64,000 bases of DNA from a virus, in the IMG/VR virus record IMGVR_UViG_3300013233_000167, positions 10,461 to 74,460 of that record. One strand, written 5' to 3'. Below are positions 46,024-55,548 of the stretch, piece after piece. A program made the translations under genes and the position numbers. Position 1 is the stretch's first letter, and each line of letters starts with the position of its first letter. The notes below the pieces were generated by a model. It was given only the letters and a program-made list of their open reading frames with translations. It did no database searches and had not been told where the DNA came from.

Positions 46024-46766
46024 TCTCGCAAGTCCTCTAGGGTTTGATCCACGAACGCCGTGTCGCCAGCCGCCTGCTTGGTCAGCTCTCGAAAGATCGA
46101 CCACTTAGCAAGCATGTCGTCTTGCTTAGGCAACTGCTCTCCGGAGTCGTAAATCGCGGTGAGGACGCTCGTGGAATAGGCGTCGATCGCCAACCACGCC
46201 GCGCCCGGATCAGTGAGTGTCGAGATAAAGCTCACGACGGGCTGTAACTCTGTCTCCAACGCGACCGACGCTTCGCCAGCATACCAACGATCGTATTCAC
46301 GTCGTTGGTAGCCGACGATGAAGACACGCAGAGCCAACTGTTCTCGATTTCGCGTCCACGCCTCTTGAAAGCCAGAGGTCTCCCACGCCCGACGCAACTG
46401 TTCGTCCGTGAACGCTGCATAAACGGGGACGTTCAAAATTTGCGTCGCCATATTATCGAACGTAGGCCGATACAGATCGCTATCTCGCGCCTCCTCATCT
46501 AACAGCACGAATGGAGATCCTTTGACGGGTATCCACGTCTCTGACGACTCTTCAACGGACTCTTGCTCTTGCTTGACGGGTATCTCGACCGTCATAGAGG
46601 TGCGCTCCGTAGCGGGCAGAACCTCCGAAGTGACCACCGCTACCCTATCTACGGGATCTCCCTCCACGGGGTTCTGTGACTCCTGTGACCATCGGAGCAG
46701 TGAGCACACGGTAACGAATCCGAGGACAAATACCAAAAGACCTGCGACTACAGAAAATGCCTTCAT
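46020..46766 (-). CDS. membrane-anchored hypothetical protein
   Basis: N-terminal hydrophobic helix. Confidence 0.6.
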   Translation of the reverse strand: MKAFSVVAGLLVFVLGFVTVCSLLRWSQESQNPVEGDPVDRVAVVTSEVLPATERTSMTVEIPVKQEQESVEESSETWIPVKGSPFVLLDEEARDSDLYRPTFDNMATQILNVPVYAAFTDEQLRRAWETSGFQEAWTRNREQLALRVFIVGYQRREYDRWYAGEASVALETELQPVVSFISTLTDPGAAWLAIDAYSTSVLTAIYDSGEQLPKQDDMLAKWSIFRELTKQAAGDTAFVDQTLEDLRE

Positions 46767-47081
46767 AGTTTGCACCACGCTCACAGAGCTTCGATGACGA
46801 GAAAAGGTTCCTCTACGAAGAGGAGCCGGACACGCTCAACTGTACCACCAGGCTCAGAGCCAGCAACCCATTTTGCAATTTCCATGTTTTGAGTCCCTCG
46901 ACAACGCCCGCCAGGACACTTTTCCAAGAAAAAAGCGGCCTCCGGAGAACACTCCCCAAAGGCCGCTCGTCACCTGCATCACCTTTCAGATGACGCCTTC
47001 CGAACGCATTTCCCAAGTTCAAGTGCGGTCGCTTCATCCCGCACCAACCGCGTTCGGTCGGTCAATGTTCAGGGTCTAGTG

Positions 47082-47639
47082 TTAGAACCACGATGGGAGA
47101 TCAGCCGTCTCCAATTCATGTTGGATAACGCGCGCCTCGGCTTGGACAGCATCCATGTAGCTGCCGTCTACGAGTGTCTGGAGGATGTCGTTCGCAACCT
47201 GCCGGGCCGCTTCCCGCCCGTCAACCACCACACAACCCTCAGGAGGACTCTCACGACGCGCCTTGCCCAAACCCGACACCACGTCGTCGAGTGCCTTCGC
47301 CAAAGTTGGCGCTTCGTTCCTGATCGTCTGAGCAGACACCGCGAACTTGTTTTCGTCACGGCTAGGATGGTTCGACAGCGTGCGTACGGTATTCCAGCCG
47401 TGGCCGTCGAACACCAGTACCTCCACAAAATACGGCTGTGGAAGTGCTTCCACGTACTCCGCTGGAGAGAGCTGGTCACTAAGTATCCGAGCTTGGAAAG
47501 TTCCTCGATGGAGCCCGATGCGCACGTCCACGAAGTAACTCGCGTCGTACGTGTAGTCTTCTGTGTTCTTCATACTCATAATTTCGACCAGCCGACTCCG
47601 GCGACTTGAGAGCCCTCGTGTATTTTTCAAGATGCTCAT
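47082..47639 (-). CDS. hypothetical protein
   Basis: SD GGAGG; coupled. Confidence 0.6.
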   Translation of the reverse strand: MSILKNTRGLSSRRSRLVEIMSMKNTEDYTYDASYFVDVRIGLHRGTFQARILSDQLSPAEYVEALPQPYFVEVLVFDGHGWNTVRTLSNHPSRDENKFAVSAQTIRNEAPTLAKALDDVVSGLGKARRESPPEGCVVVDGREAARQVANDILQTLVDGSYMDAVQAEARVIQHELETADLPSWF

Positions 47640-47911
47640 AGCTCCACCTCCCCTCTGAGGTCCCAACACTCGTCACAGATCGGATCGCCCTGCGGCGAGG
47701 CCGCGACGCTCACCAGAGCCTCGTATTCTCCGCGCGATAGGAGGCCCCGCGCCAGTAGCTCATCAACGGCCGTCACCGCGTCAGGGTCCTCGGTGTAATA
47801 GCCCCACGCCTCGCACTCGTCGCACTTGCAGAGATAGCGCGACGACTCGCCCGTCGGCAGGTGCGTTGAGCCGCACCCGTCGCGGCCAACAATCCAGTTG
47901 CGCAGGCTCAC
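47636..47911 (-). CDS. small Cys-rich hypothetical protein
   Basis: CKCDEC and ICDEC; GTG start overlapping the upstream stop. Confidence 0.55.
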   Translation of the reverse strand: MSLRNWIVGRDGCGSTHLPTGESSRYLCKCDECEAWGYYTEDPDAVTAVDELLARGLLSRGEYEALVSVAASPQGDPICDECWDLRGEVEL

Positions 47912-48195
47912 AGTTCCACCCCCGCAGCACTCTCCCAGGCCGACCACAGTTCGTCGATCAGGACGTTACGCGCGTCCCCATCGGACACCGCGATTGCGTG
48001 GATTCTAACTTCGAGTACAGAGGTTGCTGTATCAACGTCGAGCGTCCCTCTCGCCGGAAATCCGTTGCAGTCCAGCAGCAACACTCTGTCACCGCTCATT
48101 GACAGACCGACAAACCCGTAGGCCGCCCACCAGCGAGGCTCGCAGCCGCCCTCGGAATTGAAGCTAGGGAACTCGATTCTATTGCGCAGGCTCAT
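47908..48195 (-). CDS. small hypothetical protein
   Basis: ATGA coupling. Confidence 0.55.
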   Translation of the reverse strand: MSLRNRIEFPSFNSEGGCEPRWWAAYGFVGLSMSGDRVLLLDCNGFPARGTLDVDTATSVLEVRIHAIAVSDGDARNVLIDELWSAWESAAGVEL

Positions 48196-49715
48196 GCGGA
48201 CTTATCCAGAATGACCATGACGGTCTCGACGTTGGTGCCGGACTCCGTGAACGAGCCCGAGGTGATCGGTCGGATCTCCGCGCCAGCCCCTTCGAGGAAC
48301 TGCGCAAACACTCCGTAGCGTCCTTTGTCACGGTAGGTAATGGCCTTCGACATCACGGAGACCAGACGGCCGCCGGGCTTGAGGAACGTAAAGGCGTGCA
48401 GGACGTGTTCGACCTCTTGGCCGTTGCTGAACGGCGGGTTCATCACCACGGCGTCGAAGCCCTCGTCGTCGGGCGACACGTCGAAGAAGTCGCCGTAGCG
48501 AACGACCATGCGGCCCTCGTCGTACTTGTTGACGCGATCGGCGAGGTAGCCGAGCAGCTCGACGGACTGCGGGTCGTTCTCGATCGCCGTCACGCGGCTG
48601 CTGTTCGCACGAATCGCGGCGCGGACGATCGAGCCCCCACCGGCCGACGGCTCCAGGACGCGATAGCCACGATCGAGCCCCGCAGCCTCAACCAGCTCGA
48701 CCGCCAGATCCTCGGGCGTGTAGAACGCCTGTCGTGCGGCCTTATCAGTCTTCACCAGTGCGGTCGAGGTCTTGGGCCTCTCCGCTTGCGCGGCTCCCCA
48801 CTGTGAGCGACGTGTTCCATGCGGCTCCGCGATCGCGCCCGGGTAGCGATGCGCCATGATGCGATTCATATCGTCGCGGTGCGCGGCGTTCAAGATCTTG
48901 ATATGCGCCGTCCCCTTACGGTAGCAGATGATCGACATGAGCGGGTCGCCGCCGTCCGGGTTCGGCACGTCGTACCACTTGCCGTACTTCAACTCGCCGA
49001 TGGTCCGCAGACCCGGTGACTCATGCGTCGGCGGAGCTTGTCCGCTCAAGATGCACAGCACACGTTCGAGGTCGTGGATATGTTCGTGGTGTCCGAGCCG
49101 CGTCCCGTCGCCCTGCATCGAGCGCGCCCACGGGTAGAAAGCGTTGGTCGTGATGATCTTCTTGCCAATGCGGCCGGGCTCGTTCGTCTTGTGGTCCCAG
49201 CTCAGCGCCTTGTAGACGGCCTCGACGCACCGCTCGAAGTATTCGAGCTGGTTGTCATGCACGCCCTGGAAGACCGACTCGATGTTCTCGGCCGTCAGGT
49301 CCGGCAGCTCCTCTACCGAGCCTTTGGTCATGCCTTTGGTCATGCGCTCGTTACGACGGTAGGACTGCGATTGGCCGAGCTGCTCGAAGAGCTTGCGGCG
49401 CGTCTCGTGGTCCATGATCGTGTCGATGTTGGTAAGCTGAAAGAGCTGCACCCACACGAAGCGGTCGATCTCACGGTTGATGGCATCGACGTTGCGCTCG
49501 TCGTCGATCGCAAGGTACTCGCTCCCTGGGAACTGGACGGACACGCCCGGCAGCGACACGTCGAAGCGGCTGAGCTGCGCCTTCGCCTTGCGCAGTTGCT
49601 CCGCCGTCTCCCGATAGATCCGCTGCGCGTTGTCACGCGCGGCCAGCAGGGCCTCGATGCTGATCGAGGGAATGAGTGCGTTGGTCTCGGCGTGCGGGAT
49701 TTCGTTGGCGCTCAT
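48192..49715 (-). CDS. N6-adenine DNA methyltransferase with N-terminal DUF4942-like domain
   Basis: FYTP, VLEPSAGGG, GDF, VMNPPF and FTESGTNV motifs; N-terminal LSWDHKTN...DLERV...YRKGTAH. Confidence 0.85.
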   Translation of the reverse strand: MSANEIPHAETNALIPSISIEALLAARDNAQRIYRETAEQLRKAKAQLSRFDVSLPGVSVQFPGSEYLAIDDERNVDAINREIDRFVWVQLFQLTNIDTIMDHETRRKLFEQLGQSQSYRRNERMTKGMTKGSVEELPDLTAENIESVFQGVHDNQLEYFERCVEAVYKALSWDHKTNEPGRIGKKIITTNAFYPWARSMQGDGTRLGHHEHIHDLERVLCILSGQAPPTHESPGLRTIGELKYGKWYDVPNPDGGDPLMSIICYRKGTAHIKILNAAHRDDMNRIMAHRYPGAIAEPHGTRRSQWGAAQAERPKTSTALVKTDKAARQAFYTPEDLAVELVEAAGLDRGYRVLEPSAGGGSIVRAAIRANSSRVTAIENDPQSVELLGYLADRVNKYDEGRMVVRYGDFFDVSPDDEGFDAVVMNPPFSNGQEVEHVLHAFTFLKPGGRLVSVMSKAITYRDKGRYGVFAQFLEGAGAEIRPITSGSFTESGTNVETVMVILDKSA

Positions 49716-50071
49716 CTTAGACTCCTGGGTTCGGACACCCACAAACGAAGATCCACACTCCGCGTCAATTCCCTCCAGAACTCCGGAGGTTCTCCTACGA
49801 GCATCTTCACGTCTCGCCCTTTTTTGGAGTGACCAAAGAATGCGATCGCGTTGTATAGCGTCAGATGGTCAATAGGATGCCCATCCCTATCCGTCGGATC
49901 GCATAGAATTTCAATTTGCTCCCACGTCACTCCGAGAGCTTGCTGTGCAACAGCAACGGCATGTGTGTCACAGCTCGATGAGTTCAACCGGAAACGAATT
50001 CGGTTTCCAATGCTGCGGCAGATCGCTGAGAATGCTTTTTGAAACGCATCCATTTGTGATTGATTCTTCAT
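49712..50071 (-). CDS. hypothetical protein (lower GC)
   Basis: ORF coupled to the MTase start; weak support. Confidence 0.4.
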   Translation of the reverse strand: MKNQSQMDAFQKAFSAICRSIGNRIRFRLNSSSCDTHAVAVAQQALGVTWEQIEILCDPTDRDGHPIDHLTLYNAIAFFGHSKKGRDVKMLVGEPPEFWRELTRSVDLRLWVSEPRSLR

Positions 50072-50221
50072 ATTATCTCTCATCGACCGAAAACGAGACA
50101 CATCTGAACCCTATCGCAAAAAAACCGACGGGGAGAAAATCAAGCGTCTAGCATCCCCTTGCTGTGATCGCATTGGCAGAGCGCCGTGCAGTCGAGCGGA
50201 TAGTTGACCGCGCCCGGGATC

Positions 50222-50578
50222 TCAATCCAGCCGTGACGCCTGACACTTATCGCAGAGCATCGAGGGCAGATTGACGGGCTCGCTCCCGCAGGCGCACTTC
50301 TCCCAGATCTGTCCCCGGCTCACCAGAGCAGGTTGTTGCGGCTCGGGCCGTTTGGACTGCTCTGATTGCTCGGTCACCAAGGACTTCCGGCGCTCGCGGT
50401 GGAGGGCCATTTCTGCGCGGATCTCGTCGCTATACTGGGTACCCCAGAAATCGCCGAATTGCACCGAATAGTCGGTCAGCAATTCCGTGTCGGTCATCGG
50501 ATCGAACCCCGCTGCTGAGCAGCGGCCTTCATAGGCGGATCGTGAGAGTGACGCCTGAAACCTGGCGTTGTTTTGCAT
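50222..50578 (-). CDS. hypothetical protein with C-terminal zinc ribbon
   Basis: CACG.EPV.....CDKC; preceded by CTCAG-N16-GTCGATAA, a promoter-like sequence. Confidence 0.6.
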   Translation of the reverse strand: MQNNARFQASLSRSAYEGRCSAAGFDPMTDTELLTDYSVQFGDFWGTQYSDEIRAEMALHRERRKSLVTEQSEQSKRPEPQQPALVSRGQIWEKCACGSEPVNLPSMLCDKCQASRLD

Positions 50579-50868
50579 GGTTCTCGATTGGTTGAATGGG
50601 ACTCAGACCCGCGACACAGGTATTATCGACGCCAGAGCGTTCACGACTGAGCAAATCCCCGAAATTCGAAGACCTCCAGAAAGGGCTCAGCGCATCCCGC
50701 CGCTACCTATCTGGGCATTCGGCCCAAAGCGGCTCACCGCGCCCTTGGCTGCGTCCAAAAGGATCCCGCACCTAAAACGTATCCTAAGAATCGTGTCGGG
50801 GCGGAAAAAAGGGCCTCAGCCGTCGCCGGGCGCGATTCCTCGGAACGAGCTGATTGTAAGATTGACGA

Positions 50869-51465
50869 TCACAAGACTAATTCTCCCATCACGAGCATAT
50901 AGTTGTCGATCGGGATCCTCGCGCGCAGTCCGCAGTCCACGAGCGCAAGGTAAACAGGACGCGCGTGCGGCCCGAGTCGTTGCAGCGGCAGGTTGGCGAG
51001 CCAATACGCCATCGGAGCAGTGATGCCCGGCGCACCCTCGAAGATCTCCTGCATGACGAAGCGATGCGCGTTCGCATCGAACTTCCAAACCGCGAGCGTC
51101 GTTCGTTCTTCGTTCGGATCGTAATCAGGACAAGGCCCTAACATCGCCTCGCGGAACTGGTTGCCGCCCGCGTCGTAGTAGTCGTTCGGCCCCTCGTAGA
51201 CGTAGGGCTCGACGCCCTCGAACACCCAACGGGTCGGATCCACGATGGAGCCGTCGTCGAGTTCGAGCCAGCCGTGTCGCTGGAAAGGTGCTCCGCTCTT
51301 GAAGCCCTCGACCGGACAGCCATCGCTCACCGGCCCGAGCCAGTGACCGTAGCGCAGCTCACCGCCGAAGACCTCCTGCACTGCACCTGCGATGCCGTAG
51401 CAGGCTCCGGGCCACTGCTCGATCGGGATGCCGATCCTCTCGGCCAGTGTGTGTACGTTCTTCAT
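50869..51465 (-). CDS. hypothetical protein
   Basis: C....A...H.W......VDPTRW pattern. Confidence 0.7.
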   Translation of the reverse strand: MKNVHTLAERIGIPIEQWPGACYGIAGAVQEVFGGELRYGHWLGPVSDGCPVEGFKSGAPFQRHGWLELDDGSIVDPTRWVFEGVEPYVYEGPNDYYDAGGNQFREAMLGPCPDYDPNEERTTLAVWKFDANAHRFVMQEIFEGAPGITAPMAYWLANLPLQRLGPHARPVYLALVDCGLRARIPIDNYMLVMGELVL

Positions 51466-51698
51466 GCGTCGTCTCGATCCTCAGTCATCTCAGGCGGTGC
51501 GCCACCGAGCAATCCAGGCGCACGGTTGCCAGTCCTGCCACGCTGTCCCGAACCGAACCCTCTCGGCGCGCTCGACTCGAACGGTACCTCTTCTCGTATT
51601 CGCTTGCGTAGACAGCTCTTGCAGAACCTACCGTCGTTCGTGACCGCCTTGTTCTTGATGCAGTCCGCACAGAGACCATCTTCGCGCGCCTCGATCAT
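51462..51698 (-). CDS. small zinc-finger protein
   Basis: CADC...FCKSC. Confidence 0.55.
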   Translation of the reverse strand: MIEAREDGLCADCIKNKAVTNDGRFCKSCLRKRIREEVPFESSAPRGFGSGQRGRTGNRAPGLLGGAPPEMTEDRDDA

Positions 51699-51907
51699 CC
51701 TCTCCGGGCCTCCTTCGACCTTGGCGTCTGCGGAAGATTGAGGAGCTTGTTGAGCACGCGCTCCGCCTCCCACCCGAGCTTCTGCGACGCCTCGTTGACA
51801 GCTCGTGCAGTCCCGTGCAGTCCCGCCTCGTGCAGTCGTCGCTGCATACTCACCAACTCAGCCGTCTCCGCCCGAACCGTCTCCCGTACCCGTCGTTCAG
51901 TCTCCAT
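51695..51907 (-). CDS. small hypothetical protein
   Basis: Coupled ORF. Confidence 0.55.
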   Translation of the reverse strand: METERRVRETVRAETAELVSMQRRLHEAGLHGTARAVNEASQKLGWEAERVLNKLLNLPQTPRSKEARRG

Positions 51908-52403
51908 CGAGAATCTCCGGTGCGTCGAAGTCGGGGTGTTGGATGTCGGCGTCTTCCGTGAACGTGCTCGGCAACGGAGGTCCGCCGGTCAGGAACGGTG
52001 CGTTGACCGCGAAGCGGAAGATCCAGTGTGCGATGCCCGCGCGCGTCAGGCCCTTCGGCCGGACCTTGCGGTACACCTGCGCGGTGCGCTCTTGGTGCTC
52101 GGCGTGCAGACCTTCCGCGACCTTCAACTCGCGCACCACGAGCAGCACGGAGCCGTAGCACTCCTTCGTCTGCGCGTCCTCGGGTGCCTGCGCGCCCGCG
52201 TCGGACGGCGGGTTGTCGGGATCGGTCGGGTGGCACGTCATGCCGGGAGCCTCGCCGGTACGGAGCCCTGCCCATAGCCGACGCAGGTTGCGCTTCGTGT
52301 ACCAGCCACCGCTCGTGCGTTTTCCCTGGTTGGACTTGCGCCACGGGCAGGCGTCGCACGCGCGACTCTGATCGGCGACGATCGACTTGCGCTTCGTACT
52401 CAC
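51897..52403 (-). CDS. Cys-rich hypothetical protein (DUF6283-like as recalled)
   Basis: CDACPWR...MTCH...ECYG. Confidence 0.6.
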   Translation of the reverse strand: MSTKRKSIVADQSRACDACPWRKSNQGKRTSGGWYTKRNLRRLWAGLRTGEAPGMTCHPTDPDNPPSDAGAQAPEDAQTKECYGSVLLVVRELKVAEGLHAEHQERTAQVYRKVRPKGLTRAGIAHWIFRFAVNAPFLTGGPPLPSTFTEDADIQHPDFDAPEILDGD

Positions 52404-52831
52404 AGGACCGTCGAGGGGTTGCGTTCGTCGGCGTCTCTCACGACCTGGATCACGGCGCTGACGAGCAGTTCGAGCTTCTTCTCCCACACGTCGTCGAGCC
52501 CGTAGTTGCGCGCGCTGCCCTCGGACCTCGACCAGTTGATCGGCTTGTCGAGCATGTCCCTCGTCCCCGGCCATCCGAGTTCGTCGAGCTTCGCGGCCTG
52601 CGCGTCGATCTCGTCCTTCCAGTCGCGGATCGTGTAGAGCGCGAGCTGAAAGCGTGGGAGTCCGTAGTTGCAGCCGCCGTTGTTGAACCAGTCGTAGTAG
52701 ACGCGGCCCATCGCGCTCAGCAGCTCGCCGTGCACCGTTGGTGCGCGACCCTCCTCGGGTACGAGCTTCGTGCTCAGCTCTTCGTACAGCGCCGTGTAGC
52801 GCCCGTTGTTGTTCCAGTAGGTATTCTTCAT
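52400..52831 (-). CDS. hypothetical protein
   Basis: YWNNNG.Y...LVP..G...T..GELL....RVYYD.FNNG pattern. Confidence 0.7.
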   Translation of the reverse strand: MKNTYWNNNGRYTALYEELSTKLVPEEGRAPTVHGELLSAMGRVYYDWFNNGGCNYGLPRFQLALYTIRDWKDEIDAQAAKLDELGWPGTRDMLDKPINWSRSEGSARNYGLDDVWEKKLELLVSAVIQVVRDADERNPSTVL

Positions 52832-53178
52832 GGCTTCTCCACTACGAGCGTCTGCCCGAGCTTGATGTCGTTGATCCTCAACATCGGCAGGTCCATCGCC
52901 TCCCGTATCGTCTCCATGTGTTCGTCGATGCGCGCGAGCGTCAGCCGCCCGCCCTTGAAGATGTCGTGCCACGGCAAGGACGAGCCCGCCTTCGGGTTCA
53001 GCACTTGCAGGTGCGCCGGGTAGTAGACACGGGTTCCGCGACCCTTCCGTCCGGTGTGACCCTCGCGCCAGACCAGCGACGTGCTTCCGTGCACGATCAA
53101 GACGCGCCCGTCTGCACCGTAGTCAACTCCGTGCCCTCCGCGCCGAGCGACGTGCTCCTCTTCGTACTTGAAGTCCAT
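52828..53178 (-). CDS. hypothetical protein
   Basis: SD GGAGG; coupled. Confidence 0.6.
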   Translation of the reverse strand: MDFKYEEEHVARRGGHGVDYGADGRVLIVHGSTSLVWREGHTGRKGRGTRVYYPAHLQVLNPKAGSSLPWHDIFKGGRLTLARIDEHMETIREAMDLPMLRINDIKLGQTLVVEKP

Positions 53179-53555
53179 CACAGCACCTCCGTTGGATCGA
53201 GCGCGATGCGCTTGCACTTGCGGCACAGTTTGGCGTCAGGTGAGATCTCCGGGTCGGGTGCGCCGCACGCCGACGTTGACTGGATCTCGGCCTTGCACAA
53301 CGGCTGCGCGAAGCCCTCGCAGCTCCCGTAGTGGTACACCTGCCCGCCCCCGCGCAGGTGCACGAACTCACCGGGCGGAGCGGAGTAGACGGTCACGCGC
53401 GCATCGAGCACGTCGCGGGCCACGCCCTCGACCGGACGGTCGAACAGGTCCGCAAGGAGCAGCACGGAGATCAACCCCGAGACCACGCTCAGGTCCGTGC
53501 TCGCGTCTTCGTCGTTGAGCGCGATCCACTCGATTCCTTTTCGGTAACTCGCCAT
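53178..53555 (-). CDS. hypothetical protein with C-terminal Cys motif
   Basis: IEWIALNDE...LCRKC. Confidence 0.6.
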   Translation of the reverse strand: MASYRKGIEWIALNDEDASTDLSVVSGLISVLLLADLFDRPVEGVARDVLDARVTVYSAPPGEFVHLRGGGQVYHYGSCEGFAQPLCKAEIQSTSACGAPDPEISPDAKLCRKCKRIALDPTEVL

Positions 53556-53557
53556 GT

Positions 53558-53830
53558 TCAGCTCCAGTAGCCTCGCCTCTCGGCTTTCAGTTGCTCGTAC
53601 TCCCGCGCGTCAGACGGGCATCCCAGCTCCGTCCACTCGCGCACCATGTCTTCGGTCCCTTGGAACAGACTCGTCGCACCACGCACGACCTCGACGTAAT
53701 CGCCGAAGCCCAGAACCACCGACGCACCCTGCGTCTCGTAGAGAAAGCACGGCACGCAGACCCGGACCTTCCGGTCGTCGCTGAGGGCGTCGATCACGCC
53801 CTCGGCCTTCTTGCAGATGTGGCAGCTCAC
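53558..53830 (-). CDS. small zinc-finger protein
   Basis: CHIC...CVPC. Confidence 0.55.
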   Translation of the reverse strand: MSCHICKKAEGVIDALSDDRKVRVCVPCFLYETQGASVVLGFGDYVEVVRGATSLFQGTEDMVREWTELGCPSDAREYEQLKAERRGYWS

Positions 53831-54615
53831 GCGACCCTCTCGAACTCGTAGGAGCCGTCGGGCTGCCGGTGGCACTCGATAACCTCTTCGGCGGCAGCCT
53901 CGATTGCCTCGGCCGAGATCACGACCGAACCCTCAGCCGCGCGGGCGGCTGCGGCGGCGCGCTTGCCGTGCTTGAGCCCCAGGTACTTCGCGCACGTCGG
54001 GCCGTAGCCGAGCGCCTTGCTCACGTCCTTGGTCAGCTCCGCGTTGCAGCGGCAGCACACACCAGACACGCGGCCCTCGCGGGCGAGCGTCTCTTCGGTC
54101 GGGCTCGCGCTCAGCTCGCGCAGCGCGGCGACGACCTCAGCGGCGACGGGCTGGTAGCGGCGGCCTTGCATTTCGCCGGAGGCGAGGATGCGGCCGTGCC
54201 ACGTCCGATCCTCGTAGGCGCGGTCGTCACTCGTGACGGTGATCGAGCCGGGGTTCTTGGCTCCGTCGCCTGCGATCGAGAGGCGCAGTCCGCGCCAGTA
54301 GATCACGACGCGCGAGACCTGCTTGGCCTTGCCCGCGACGGCCATGCGCGTCAACAGGTCGTGGATGCCGGGGAAGGTGTGGGTCTCAGGCGCAGGTTGC
54401 GCGTCGCGCTTCTGCTGCTCGATCGCCATGTAGTGCATCCACCCGATCTGCTTGCCGGACAGACGCGCCATCGCGGTGTACTTGCGAGCGAGGTCTTGCG
54501 GGAACGAGCTGCGAAGACCGGCGCAGACCTTGGCGGCCCCGTCGTTGTCGAGCGTACTCGTGAAGGTAATGTCTTCACCCTTGCGGGTGATCGTGAAGGT
54601 GCGTTCTTGAGTCAT
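53827..54615 (-). CDS. DUF6011-like zinc-ribbon protein
   Basis: CCRC...LT...S...GYGPTCAK motif; headed by the conserved leader. Confidence 0.7.
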   Translation of the reverse strand: MTQERTFTITRKGEDITFTSTLDNDGAAKVCAGLRSSFPQDLARKYTAMARLSGKQIGWMHYMAIEQQKRDAQPAPETHTFPGIHDLLTRMAVAGKAKQVSRVVIYWRGLRLSIAGDGAKNPGSITVTSDDRAYEDRTWHGRILASGEMQGRRYQPVAAEVVAALRELSASPTEETLAREGRVSGVCCRCNAELTKDVSKALGYGPTCAKYLGLKHGKRAAAAARAAEGSVVISAEAIEAAAEEVIECHRQPDGSYEFERVA

Positions 54616-54618
54616 GGT

Positions 54619-54702
54619 CGTTGTCCGGGCCTTGCGGCCGTCTGGGTCCGAGGAAGAGAGGCTTACAACAACCCCTTCGTCTGAACACTACCCCGATCTT
54701 GA
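54619..54702 (-). promoter_or_regulatory. sigma28-like promoter plus conserved hairpin leader, copy 2
   Basis: TCAAG(54702-54698)-N16-GACGAAG; CGGACCCAGA C GGCC GCAA GGCC CG GACAACG (54650-54619). Confidence 0.75.
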
Positions 54703-55257
54703 GGGTGCAGTCGAATTTCTCTCCACTTCGTCCCGTGAGACCCGGACGCCCTTCGGGATGCGGGGGCCGTACAACGTGATCCACTGAGCGCCCTCCTGGT
54801 CACGCTCCTGGACCATCACGGCGCTCCCCCGGTGCATCCAGTCTCGTAGTGCCTCGGCGAAGCGCGACTCCTGGAGGGCTCCCTGTCGCGTCTCACGAAC
54901 GATGATGATGTTGCCGCTCTTTGAGCCACCCCCGGCCGCCACGTTGAACTCCGGGTAGCGGTCCACGTACGCGAGCCACCCGAGCCGGTCCGGCCGGTCG
55001 TCGCCCTTCGCACCCCACCCGTCGAGCCACGCGCAGCGGAAGCCCCGGCACCTGGAGGGGCGCGTCTCGTAGATCGCGCAGCCTGTCGCGCACTCGTGCT
55101 CGCAGGGCTCGCCAGCGAGCGTCGGGATCTCGGGGATCGCCAACGCGGTGCAGCACGCGGTACATCCGCCGCACGCGCGGGGCTTCGCCTTCTTGGCAGC
55201 CTCGCGCTCCTTGCGCTTCGCGCGCCGCAGCTCCTTTCGCCTACGTTCGTTTCCCAC
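54688..55257 (-). CDS. YkgJ-like cysteine-cluster protein
   Basis: CGGCTACC...C.H....C.IYETRP..C..F.C.W. Confidence 0.75.
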   Translation of the reverse strand: MGNERRRKELRRAKRKEREAAKKAKPRACGGCTACCTALAIPEIPTLAGEPCEHECATGCAIYETRPSRCRGFRCAWLDGWGAKGDDRPDRLGWLAYVDRYPEFNVAAGGGSKSGNIIIVRETRQGALQESRFAEALRDWMHRGSAVMVQERDQEGAQWITLYGPRIPKGVRVSRDEVERNSTAPSRSG

Positions 55258-55453
55258 TCAGGATCTCCTCGCGCTTGCGCTCCAGACCCGGAATCTTCGC
55301 GCGCATCCGCGCCGCGTTCGTCGCGTCGCCGTTGGCCTCGGCTCGACTGGCCTGCGCTTCGATCTCGTCCAGCACGTCATTCACGCGACCAGCCATTTCG
55401 CGGCGGTGCGCCATGATGAGTTCGCGCTCCTCGTCCGTCAGTTCTTCGGTCAT
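55241..55453 (-). CDS. small coiled-coil protein
   Basis: SD AGGAG. Confidence 0.6.
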   Translation of the reverse strand: MTEELTDEERELIMAHRREMAGRVNDVLDEIEAQASRAEANGDATNAARMRAKIPGLERKREEILSGKRT

Positions 55454-55503
55454 AGGTGTCTCCTGATTGGGGCAGAGTGTACTCGTTCCTGATTCTACGG
55501 CCG

Positions 55504-55548
55504 CTTCACTTCACTTCACTTCACTTCACTTCACTTCACTTCACTTCA
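55504..55548. repeat. pentanucleotide microsatellite (CTTCA)x9
   Basis: Nine perfect copies. Confidence 0.95.

Noticed and set aside
15325-55548. Tandem repeats as possible CRISPR arrays
   Set aside because: No unique spacers between repeats and no cas genes; they are coding repeats or microsatellites.
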